This document shows positions 10,601 through 17,895 of a stretch of DNA of 64,000 nt, in pieces. The notes below the pieces were generated by a model that saw nothing but the letters and a program-made list of their open reading frames with translations, did not search any database and was not told the origin of the DNA. Both the position numbers and the translations under genes were made by a program. Source of the DNA: a bacterium (GTDB lineage: Bacteria; Verrucomicrobiota; Kiritimatiellia; RFP12; UBA1067); NCBI GenBank assembly GCA_025360845.1, contig JANYBJ010000303.1:1545-65544 (forward strand), read 5' to 3'. The stretch's first letter is position 1. Each line of letters starts with the position of its first letter.

Positions 10601-11529
10601 AGATCTTCATGACGCCGCGGAATCATCTTGCTGACGCGCCGACGCAGTGGTTCGAGCTGCAGCGCAACTGGTGGCGCGGCGCGTCGGAGGTGAAACGTGC
10701 GGCGGCACCTGTGGTGACGGGTCAGCCCGCGACCGCCGAGTCGGGCGAACAGGCCTCGCTGGACCTCACGGACGGCTGGCGCTACAAGGCCTTGGACGAG
10801 GCGGCGACGGATGATGCGGCACCGCTCGCCGCTGTCGGGCTGGACGATGCCTCATGGCCGCTGCGCCGCCTCGACTGCTGGTCCGTCCCGGAGGAGTTGC
10901 CCTCGCGCCGCGTGCTGTTCCGCAAGTCGTTCCAGGTTCCAAAGACGTGGCAGAAAGGCGATGTGGAACTGTGGCTGAAGTCCTGGTTCTCCTGGACGTC
11001 GTCGGGCAAGGCACGCTACTGGCTCGACGGGAAGGAGGTCACGCAAGGCGACGGCAGGGACGGGCTCATCTTGCCTTCGGGCCTCGAAGCCGGCTCCACG
11101 CACACGCTGGCCGTTGAGATTCGGGGCGAGGGCCAAGTCTGCGGCATCCGCGGCAACACGTGGCTCGCCTTCACCAAGCGTCCCGAACGCGCCCTTGATC
11201 TCGCTGGCGAGTGGACGCCGTCGAAAGACTATCTGACCTCAGAGCCCGCCGTGAAACTGCCCGGCACCTTCAACGCCAAACTGCTGTCGCGCCTGTTTGA
11301 CGTGCCCGCTGACCTCGCCGGCAAACAGGTGTACCTGCGGCTCGAGACGACGCATGGCACCACCGGCTGTATTGTCAACGGCCGCTACGTGCGCCGCCAT
11401 CATCACGTCCTCGGCGAGACGACCTTCCTCAACATCACCCCGTGGCTCACGCCCGGTTCTTCCAACCGCATCGAGATCCTCGCCGGCGGCCGCGGCGAGG
11501 TCAAGGAACTGGCGCTGTGGGTCTATTAA
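7624..11529 (+). CDS. Secreted large glycoside-hydrolase-like protein (GH42-type trimerisation/GATase-like middle domain plus three galactose-binding-like beta-sandwich modules)
   Basis: 1301 aa. N-terminal signal peptide (LPVLFVVLTALLSAESV). AVEAWVRKGGIFVAFVQTG resembles the beta-galactosidase trimerisation domain. Three reiterated 'DLTG/DLTD/DLAG-W...' jelly-roll-like segments. Confidence 0.55.
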   Translation: MALTWRRLPVLFVVLTALLSAESVLSGTTLSTRGFPSMKLRGYGEVSAKRTGTDAFTRLEVACESAEKAGIVHAKFVSDLHALGGVKDETLPVGGVAVPRIVVPGQGSVSAFRSGKVVYVVASPTEAGWLEGLTALKRKLTGAELVPQGKVPMYLDAWDQHGFRFYYRPWETPDNGSWKDYPVLGEFDFAKKENGRGFVYWAETANVDSAVGLDNDLWWDWAARAAARRALPVVINTMNVEPTWLLNGHRDEVMSLMPQFCGSYHSVADPSSAGMRSLSWCAGEAKDEQLAPIRRIVERYATKPNTLEYLEPHGELRHGDYDIFLEYGPVADISFRAFLKEKYGRISRVASRWGRSAVIKSWSDVRVPDLATFLGFDDKAVDLTGAWRIGYEPQTGAPAEWLGAAFDDRAWPTITAPGNDRMMFLDKKPAVFRRSFELPAAWLGEGGQAWLYVWDLNSGEHLKETITASLNGVVVGEDKTRHATSHWAAYETGTALHAGTNTVAIRVPKGFLGYHVYLSKHAPKQYPDLSEGENARWVDFADWRQWTRLEAARRGMEAIRSVDPDRSLICMSPDSSIAGIKKLCEQYGAHFHNTGHMGAFWNEFLPMLMRGADLPFSLEPGGPADSLVGFKRMMGYYFTEGIQAIHYFIHVGDIYWPADIRAHFERIRPLIDTIGKVHPPKAEIAMLFSDRIDDLTGFPWGQNPDVNLSSGYFSWPLNGQFTGDYDFDGVTDLDFADGKADPYKLIIGANTSVMDEKLVKAVEAWVRKGGIFVAFVQTGRHTPEQKDAWPISRLSGYKVTGISRTAATPDDPFEVADWWRFTFAPGQSVFKPGEWDLKDIKANGLKLKAVAPDCQDLALWEDGSTAIGLRPLGKGYVVHMGLKFCRQPLWHGWSDRTEKLFRQLFVWAGMRRVPAAAAGVKFRHYVSNNGLFDTWTLWNEKSDKDVETSLVFRDGLKPAFCREVGSDTAVEPVAGPDGLPAVRGIRLEPLETKIFMTPRNHLADAPTQWFELQRNWWRGASEVKRAAAPVVTGQPATAESGEQASLDLTDGWRYKALDEAATDDAAPLAAVGLDDASWPLRRLDCWSVPEELPSRRVLFRKSFQVPKTWQKGDVELWLKSWFSWTSSGKARYWLDGKEVTQGDGRDGLILPSGLEAGSTHTLAVEIRGEGQVCGIRGNTWLAFTKRPERALDLAGEWTPSKDYLTSEPAVKLPGTFNAKLLSRLFDVPADLAGKQVYLRLETTHGTTGCIVNGRYVRRHHHVLGETTFLNITPWLTPGSSNRIEILAGGRGEVKELALWVY

Positions 11530-11661
11530 CCGTATATGGCGTTTGACACGCTCCATCATTCATTCTATTCTCTCAACATGATCGTGTTAAACGTCAGAAC
11601 GGATACTGTTGATGAGCAAAGCTGACAGGATTAGCGGGATTGGTTTTGGAACAGGGACGGT

Positions 11662-12855
11662 ATGACGGACCGAAAACGGAATAGGCCTCACGCAAAGACG
11701 AAAGAAGGGGCAACGGAGAACGGGCTTTCCAGCCCGTCGCGGAAGCTTTATGACAAACGCGTTGCAAAAGGTCCAGTGCGTTTGGGGTTCTATCGAGAGA
11801 TCACCGAAATCCTTCGGACAGCGCGCACCAAGGCGTATCGGGCTTCAAACTTCCTCATGGTCGAGGCTTATTGGAACATCGGCCGGATGATCGTGGACGA
11901 GGAGCAGTCAGGGAAAAGACGGGCGGACTACGGCGATGGGTTGATCGATGGACTTTCCCGGAGGCTGATGACCGAATTTGGGAAGGGGTACAACAAGTCA
12001 AATCTATGGTGTATGCGGCAGTTCTTTGTGTGTTACCCAATTCTCCGCGCAGTGCGTGGAGAATTTGCAAAAGTCTCCGATACGGCTTGTTGCGACATTC
12101 CGGCACATCTCCGTCCGGAGTTGTCTTGGACGCATTACCGGCTGTTGCTGCGCGTAGAGAACCCCGGTGCGCGCACCTGGTACATGAACGAGGCGGCGGA
12201 TCAGAACTGGAGCACCCGCGCCTTGGAGCGGCAGATCGGGTCGCTGTACTACGAGCGGCTGCTGATGAGCCGGGGCAAGCGCAGAGAGGTGAAAAAAAAG
12301 GCGCAGCAAAAAACGGCGGAAGTCTCGGCGTCCCCCGAGAATTTCATCAAAGATCCCTATGTTCTGGAGTTCCTGGGCATTTCCGACGCGCACGCGTTCC
12401 GAGAGTCCGAATTGGAACAGGCGATCATCGGCAAGCTGCAGGCGTTCCTGCTGGAGATGGGTAAGGGTTTCGCCTTCGTGGCGCGGCAGCAACGCGTCTC
12501 AACGGAAACCAAGGACTTTTTCATTGACCTCGTGTTTTACAATTACCTCCTCAAGTGCTTCGTGCTGATCGACCTCAAGACCGGCGAGCTTACGCATCAG
12601 GACATCGGGCAGATGGACATGTACGTGCGCCTGTATGAAGACCGGCATAAGAATCCGGGGGACAATCCGACCATCGGCCTCATTCTCTGCACCGGTAAAG
12701 ACGCGACCGTGGTCAAATACTCGGTGCTCAACGAGAGCAAACAGCTCTTCGCCTCCCAATACCGGTTGGTGCTGCCGACCGAAGAGGAGCTGCGCCGCGA
12801 AATCGAGCGCGAACGCGACCTCGCCGTCCGGGAACAGGAGGCGCGGTATGGGTGA
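11662..12855 (+). CDS. DUF1016 / YhcG-type PD-(D/E)XK nuclease family protein
   Basis: 397 aa. Family-typical EAYWNIGRMIVDEEQ, WTHYRLLL, DPYVLEFLG, FAFVARQQRV...FFIDLVFYNYLLKCFVLIDLKTGELTHQDIGQMDMYV. The first ~40 codons overlap the hairpin repeat, so the true start may be downstream (e.g. the GTG of VRLGFY). Confidence 0.85.
   Translation: MTDRKRNRPHAKTKEGATENGLSSPSRKLYDKRVAKGPVRLGFYREITEILRTARTKAYRASNFLMVEAYWNIGRMIVDEEQSGKRRADYGDGLIDGLSRRLMTEFGKGYNKSNLWCMRQFFVCYPILRAVRGEFAKVSDTACCDIPAHLRPELSWTHYRLLLRVENPGARTWYMNEAADQNWSTRALERQIGSLYYERLLMSRGKRREVKKKAQQKTAEVSASPENFIKDPYVLEFLGISDAHAFRESELEQAIIGKLQAFLLEMGKGFAFVARQQRVSTETKDFFIDLVFYNYLLKCFVLIDLKTGELTHQDIGQMDMYVRLYEDRHKNPGDNPTIGLILCTGKDATVVKYSVLNESKQLFASQYRLVLPTEEELRREIERERDLAVREQEARYG
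11684..11738. repeat. 55-nt repeat copy A with 7-bp hairpin (ACGGGCT-TTCC-AGCCCGT)
   Basis: The last 35 nt match copy B (12874-12928) at 32/35 positions. Two of the three differences are compensatory in the stem. Confidence 0.7.
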
Positions 12856-13943
12856 GAGAAAAGAGAGAAAAGAGGCTCACGCGAAGGCGCGAAGAAGAGG
12901 CAACGGAGAACGGACTTTCCAGTCCGTCCACTGACGGTTTGAAAAGTCCGTCCCTCGTTTGGTCTAACGTATTGATACCAGACGTTCTTGAAAAAGTACG
13001 GATTGGCAAGAATAACCAGATCCAGTCCTCGGAAATGTTGCCGCAGGGACGATTGCCTGTGATCGATCAGGGGCAAGATTACATCGCCGGATACTGTAAT
13101 GATGAAAGCCGCGTGATCCGTGACGAGTTGCCGCTTGTCATCTTTGGTGACCATACGCGATGTGTGAAGTATGTTGATTTTACAGTTCTCAAGGAGAAGT
13201 TCATTCCTGCCCCGCCTCTTACGACGCAGTGCGAGATTGCGGCGGTCTTGGGGCAGGTGCAGAAGGCGATTGAGGAGCAGGAGCGGCTGTTGGCGCTGAC
13301 CGAGGAACTCAAGCGGACGTTGCTTTACCGCCTTTTCGCGCAGGGCTTGCGCAGTGAACTCCAGAAGCAGACCGAAATCGGCCCGGTGCCGGAGAGTTGG
13401 GATGTGGTGCCGCTGGGCTCGATTGCCAAGGTCGGAAATGGCTCAACGCCGAAACGCGACAATCAGGCGTATTGGCAGGATGGACACATCCCTTGGCTGA
13501 ACAGCGCGCGTATCCATGACCGCTTTATCAGAGAGTCGGATCAATTCGTGACCGATCTTGCCGTCAAGGAGTGCCACTTGCCGCGTGTGAAAGCCAACAG
13601 CCTGCTCATTGCAATCACGGGACAGGGCAAGACACTCGGTAATTCCGCATTGGTTGAGTTCGAGACCTGCATCAATCAGCACTTGGCTTATGCGCAGTTC
13701 ACGTCTCCGAAAGTCCTGCCCGCTTTTGTTCTGTGGTACATGCAAACACGCTATGAGCACCTGCGTTCGATCAGTCGGGCCGGTGGCAGCACCAAGGGTG
13801 CCTTGACCTGCGGTTACTTGAAGACCTACCCCATCCCCGTTCCGTCACTCAACGAACAGAAAGATATCGTCGCAGTCTTCTCCGCTCTCGAAGCCCGAGA
13901 AAAATATCGTCTTTCTGGATCGACCATGGCGGATATTTTGTGA
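12852..13943 (+). CDS. hsdS: Type I R-M specificity subunit HsdS, degenerate (TRD1 internally deleted, C-terminal conserved helix truncated, N-terminus replaced by repeat sequence)
   Basis: LPVIDQGQDYIAGY...VIFGDHTRCVKYVDF jumps directly to FIPAPPLTTQCEIAAVL. The central conserved region and TRD2 are intact (VPLGSIAKVGNGSTP...YPIPVPSLNEQKDIV). The ORF ends ~10 aa into the distal conserved region. No hsdM is present in the window. Confidence 0.8.
   Translation: MREKREKRLTRRREEEATENGLSSPSTDGLKSPSLVWSNVLIPDVLEKVRIGKNNQIQSSEMLPQGRLPVIDQGQDYIAGYCNDESRVIRDELPLVIFGDHTRCVKYVDFTVLKEKFIPAPPLTTQCEIAAVLGQVQKAIEEQERLLALTEELKRTLLYRLFAQGLRSELQKQTEIGPVPESWDVVPLGSIAKVGNGSTPKRDNQAYWQDGHIPWLNSARIHDRFIRESDQFVTDLAVKECHLPRVKANSLLIAITGQGKTLGNSALVEFETCINQHLAYAQFTSPKVLPAFVLWYMQTRYEHLRSISRAGGSTKGALTCGYLKTYPIPVPSLNEQKDIVAVFSALEAREKYRLSGSTMADIL
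12874..12928. repeat. 55-nt repeat copy B with 7-bp hairpin (ACGGACT-TTCC-AGTCCGT)
   Basis: Direct repeat of 11684-11738. It is followed by further small hairpins and a second AGTCCGTCC. Confidence 0.7.
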
Positions 13944-13995
13944 TATTATTGCCAAGTTTTGAACAAAATTTGCAAATCACAACAATGGTGAAGTC

Positions 13996-15255
13996 ATGTT
14001 AATCCAGTTTAGAGTTGCCAATTATCGTTCCTTCGGTTCCGAGGTCACACTTTCGCTTGAGGCGGTTAAGGCATTCAAGGAGCATGAGGAGAACGTCTTT
14101 GAAGCCAATGACTATCGGCTTCTACGGAGTGCTGTTATCTATGGTGCGAATGCCAGTGGGAAGTCGAACCTTGTTCAAGCAATTTCCTTTATGCGGCATG
14201 TCGTGCTCGAGTCGGCTAATAAGAACTCAGTGGCTGAGATTCCAACAGATCCGTTTCGGCTCGACAAGAAATATCTCACGGCTCCCAGCCTCTTTGAGGT
14301 AACGTTCATATTGGAGTCTTTAACGTATCGTTATGGTTTTGAAGTTACTAAGAGTATGGTTTGCTCGGAGTGGTTGTTCAGGTCCACTGGTTCGAGAAAT
14401 AAGGAGTTCCGCCTCTTTGCGCGTGAATTTGATGAAATAGACGTTGCTGACGAGTATGTGGAGGGTCGAGGGCGTGAAGCCGACACTCGGAACAATGCAT
14501 TGTTTCTTTCAACAATCGATCAAAAGAATGGTGCTGTTGCGCATAAAATTGTTAAATGGTTTAACGATTTTGCAGTGCTTTCTGGCGTGTTTGACGAGTT
14601 CTATCAAGAGTATACATTAAAGCAATTGGAAGATTCCACAACGCGAGAACGTATTGTAGACTTTGTTCGGCAAGTTGACGGCACAATTCTTGATATCGTT
14701 AGCAGAAAAATCAGGTTTCCGGAAGAAATGCTCAATAGCATTCCTTCTGATATGGCTAAAAAGCTGAGAGATGAGAAACGCTCTGTCTTGGCTTTGACCA
14801 GGGTTCAAACTGAAGATGGGAAACCATGTGGTGAAATTGAGTTTGATCTTGATGATGATGAGTCAGCTGGCACAGGTAAGATTCTTAGACTTGCCGGACC
14901 TTGGCTCAACGTTCTTGATAAGGGACGTATTGCCTTTGTTGATGAATTAGAAGCTAAGTTGCATCCGCATTTGACGCGGCGGCTTGTGCGGCTCTTCAAT
15001 TCGCCGAAGACGAATCCAAAAAATGCACAACTTGTCTTCGTAACGCACGACACCAATCTGCTGACCTATGGTGGCCTGCGCCGGGATCAGGTTTGGTTTT
15101 GCGAAAAGAACCGCAAGGGAGCGACCGACCTCTACTCTTTGGCTGAGATCAAAGTGCGAAAAGGGGCTCGTTTTGAAAACGACTATATAGCCGGTAAATA
15201 TGGTGCTATTCCTTACTTTGGCAACGTGACAAAAATAGGAGGGGAGGTGAAATAA
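13996..15255 (+). CDS. AAA_15/AAA_21 ABC-type ATPase (AbiLi/RloA-like)
   Basis: 419 aa. MLIQFRVANYRSF, Walker A GANASGKS, Walker B IAFVDELEAKLHP, VFVTHD. Visibly lower GC than the flanks. Confidence 0.85.
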   Translation: MLIQFRVANYRSFGSEVTLSLEAVKAFKEHEENVFEANDYRLLRSAVIYGANASGKSNLVQAISFMRHVVLESANKNSVAEIPTDPFRLDKKYLTAPSLFEVTFILESLTYRYGFEVTKSMVCSEWLFRSTGSRNKEFRLFAREFDEIDVADEYVEGRGREADTRNNALFLSTIDQKNGAVAHKIVKWFNDFAVLSGVFDEFYQEYTLKQLEDSTTRERIVDFVRQVDGTILDIVSRKIRFPEEMLNSIPSDMAKKLRDEKRSVLALTRVQTEDGKPCGEIEFDLDDDESAGTGKILRLAGPWLNVLDKGRIAFVDELEAKLHPHLTRRLVRLFNSPKTNPKNAQLVFVTHDTNLLTYGGLRRDQVWFCEKNRKGATDLYSLAEIKVRKGARFENDYIAGKYGAIPYFGNVTKIGGEVK

Positions 15256-15256
15256 T

Positions 15257-15952
15257 ATGGGTAAGCCCGTCAAGATAACCGATCAGAACAAAGTGTGGAG
15301 TCGAATGCGGCGAGAACGTCGTGTTCGTGTGTTGCATGTTCGGAAAAGGTTTTTGATTGTCAGTGAAGGCAAGAAAACTGAGCCATTTTACTTTAAAGCA
15401 TTTGAAAAAGGTCTACCACGGGGAACCCTTCAGGTTGAGACTCGCGGTGTGGGAAGGAGCACTCAATCTTTGGTTGATGTGATTCGACAAATACGTGACG
15501 AATTACAGGCGGAATATGCTGTAAACTTCAATGAGGTCTGGGCTGTATTTGATAAGGACGATTTCAAGAACGACTCGTTTGACAACGCAATCCATTCACG
15601 TTCTGGCAAGCAATATGAAGTAGCGTGGTCAAATGAGTGCTTCGAGTTGTGGTATTTGCTTCATTTCAAAGATCAGACGACCCACATCAATCGCAAGGCC
15701 GTCTTCAAAGCATTAGAACGTGAACTTGGTGTCCATAACTACGAGGGTTTGAAGGGTGATGCTGGGCGTGGCTTTCACGAGAAAATGGCTATTCACTCGA
15801 ATCAGGCTACGGCTATCGAAAGAGCGAAGAAACTGTTTGAAAACTGGAGCGATCCTCAAGCGAAGCGTACACCTCCCTCGCAGCAGAATCCGTGTACGAC
15901 TGTGTTCCTGTTGGTCGAAAAGTTGCTCGCCTGCCGACAACCGGAGCAATGA
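15257..15952 (+). CDS. RloB-like (Toprim-like) protein, partner of the AAA ATPase (AbiLii-like)
   Basis: 231 aa. FLIVSEGKKTEPFYF, VWAVFDKDDF, VAWSNECFELWYLLHF are RloB-family hallmarks. 1-nt gap to the upstream ATPase gene. Confidence 0.85.
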   Translation: MGKPVKITDQNKVWSRMRRERRVRVLHVRKRFLIVSEGKKTEPFYFKAFEKGLPRGTLQVETRGVGRSTQSLVDVIRQIRDELQAEYAVNFNEVWAVFDKDDFKNDSFDNAIHSRSGKQYEVAWSNECFELWYLLHFKDQTTHINRKAVFKALERELGVHNYEGLKGDAGRGFHEKMAIHSNQATAIERAKKLFENWSDPQAKRTPPSQQNPCTTVFLLVEKLLACRQPEQ

Positions 15953-16524
15953 CCATGCCCAAACCCACCGAACATAAGACCGTGCAAGCCCGGCTTCTGG
16001 CGTACGCGCAGGAGATAGGGTGGACGTATGTTCCGAGGGCGGATGCCGAGGCTAGGAGCGGGTTCGATCCCGAGGGTGCGACGCAGGAGGAGCGGGCGCG
16101 GTCGGCGTCGCTTTTCTTCGGTGACCTGTTGTATGCGCGGGTATGCGCGTTCAACCCGCAGTACCGCGAGGCCGAGGGGGCGCTGGTCGGCGAGTTTCAG
16201 CGGCTGCGCGCGGACAGAGAGCGTTTCAAGGCGCGCGTTCTGGCGTGGGCCGCCAAGCTGGATGTGAAGGCCAGCGTTGTCTATGTGCGGCCCATGCGGC
16301 GCAAGTGGGCCTCCTGCTCCACGGCGGGAACCCTAAGTTTCAACGACGAGTTGCTTGGAATGGATGCCGCGCTTGGAGACTATGTGATCGTCCACGAACT
16401 TCTTCACTTCTCGGTGCCCAACCACGGCAAACTCTGGAGGAGCCTGATGCGGGTGCATCTGGGCGATTACGAGGTGATCGAAAAGGAACTCAAGAAAACA
16501 GTTATGGGGAGGAACGAGCGATGA
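15949..16524 (+). pseudogene. In-frame fusion remnant: HsdR N-terminus (~85 aa) joined to the C-terminal ~120 aa of a DUF45/YgjP (M48-like, HExxH) metallopeptidase
   Basis: MTMPKPTEHKTVQARLLAYAQEIGWTYVPR...AFNPQYREAEGALVGEF is a typical HsdR N-terminus. This is followed by RVLAWAAKLDV...VRPMRRKWASCSTAGTLSFN...DYVIVHELLHFSVPNHGKLW (DUF45). No helicase or nuclease core is present. ATGA overlap with the rloB-like stop. Confidence 0.7.
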
Positions 16525-17870
16525 ATCGGGTCAACGTGTCAAGAAGGGGTTTTCTGGCAACGGGGGCAACGGCCGCCTTTAGCTTTTCGATTCTTCCGAG
16601 CCACGTGCTGGGCGCGGCGGATCAGCCGCCGCCTTCGCGGAAACTGAACATTGGCTGCATCGGCATCGGCGGGCAGGGCGGCGGCGTCACCAAAGAGCTG
16701 GCCTCGTTCGCGAACGTGAACATCGCGGCGCTGTGCGATGTCGACGAGAACTACGCGGCTCACACGATCAAAGAGTATCCGGGCCGTCCGGTCTACAAAG
16801 ACTATCGCGTGATGCTGGAGAAAGAAAAGGGGCTCGACGCGGTGATGGTCGCGACGCCGGATCACTGGCACGTGCCGATCTCGCTGGCGGCGATGCGGCT
16901 CGGCAAGCACGTCTACTGCGAGAAGCCGCTCGCGCACACGGTTGAGGAGGCGCGGCTGATGGGCAAGGTCGCGGCCGACATGAAGGCCGTGACGCAGATG
17001 GGCAACGGCGGGCACGGCGGCGAGGGGCTGCGGCTGACGAAAGAGTGGATCGACGCCGGCGTGATCGGCGCGGTGAAGGAGGTCCACGTGTGGTCGGACC
17101 GCCCCGGCACCTTCTGGAACACGCAGGGGCGTCGCCGCCCGGCGGACACGCCGCCGGTGCCGTCGACGCTCGACTGGAACCTGTGGCAGGGTGCCGCGCC
17201 GGAGCATGCCTACCATCCCGATTATGTGCCGGTCAAGTGGCGCGGCTGGTACGACTACGGCTGCGGCGCGCTCGGCGACATGATGGTCCACAACGCCGAC
17301 CCCGCGTGGTACGCGCTCGAACTTGGAGCGCCGGACTCGGTTGAGGCGGTCACCTCCGAAACCAATCCCGACAGCTTCCCGCTCTGGAGCATCGTCACCT
17401 GGAATTTCGCGGCGAAGGGCAAGCGCGGGCCGGTCAAATTGATCTGGTACGACGGCGGTAAAATGCCGCCTCCGCCGCCCGGCATGGAGGCCGACCGCAA
17501 GCTGGACGACAACGGCATCTATTTCGTCGGCGACAAGGGCGTGATGCTGTGCGGCGGCTGGTCCGGCGCGCCGCGCCTCGTGCCCGAGCGCGCGATGTCG
17601 ACGTTCGTGCGCCCCGCGAAGACGATCCCGCGCAGCATCGGTCACCGCAAGGAGTGGGTCGAGGCCTGCATCGCCGGGAAACCCGAGGATGCCAAGGCCG
17701 GCTTCTGGTACTCGGCGCCCTACACCGAGTCGCTGCTGGTGGGCGTGCTGCCGATCCGGCTCGGCAAGAAGATCGAGTGGGATGCGGCGGCGATGAAGGC
17801 CAAGAACGCGCCCGAGGCCGACGCGCTTATCCGCAAGGCCTACCGCGCGGGGTTTGCGCTGCCGACGTAA
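16521..17870 (+). CDS. Gfo/Idh/MocA family oxidoreductase with Tat-type signal peptide
   Basis: Start taken at MNRVNVSRRGFLATGATAAF (twin-Arg motif). NIGCIGIGGQGG Rossmann and EKPLAHT motifs. The 575-aa ORF-track version is an in-frame upstream extension. Confidence 0.9.
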   Translation: MNRVNVSRRGFLATGATAAFSFSILPSHVLGAADQPPPSRKLNIGCIGIGGQGGGVTKELASFANVNIAALCDVDENYAAHTIKEYPGRPVYKDYRVMLEKEKGLDAVMVATPDHWHVPISLAAMRLGKHVYCEKPLAHTVEEARLMGKVAADMKAVTQMGNGGHGGEGLRLTKEWIDAGVIGAVKEVHVWSDRPGTFWNTQGRRRPADTPPVPSTLDWNLWQGAAPEHAYHPDYVPVKWRGWYDYGCGALGDMMVHNADPAWYALELGAPDSVEAVTSETNPDSFPLWSIVTWNFAAKGKRGPVKLIWYDGGKMPPPPPGMEADRKLDDNGIYFVGDKGVMLCGGWSGAPRLVPERAMSTFVRPAKTIPRSIGHRKEWVEACIAGKPEDAKAGFWYSAPYTESLLVGVLPIRLGKKIEWDAAAMKAKNAPEADALIRKAYRAGFALPT

Positions 17871-17895
17871 GCGGCTCAGATAGGACAATGAGACG

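Noticed and set aside
11541-11593. 10-bp imperfect inverted repeat (GTTTGACACG ... CGTGTTAAAC) as the left boundary of the defence islet
   Set aside because: It is short, has one mismatch, and has no matching partner at the right boundary.
16143-16520. N-terminal extension of ORF 16143-17870
   Set aside because: It overlaps the hsdR::DUF45 remnant. The twin-arginine signal peptide starts at Met 16521.
11662-16524. A functional type I R-M system
   Set aside because: No hsdM anywhere in the window, hsdS is internally deleted and truncated, and hsdR is reduced to ~85 codons.
16539-17888. 449-aa minus-strand ORF
   Set aside because: Antisense to the Tat-signal Gfo/Idh/MocA oxidoreductase.
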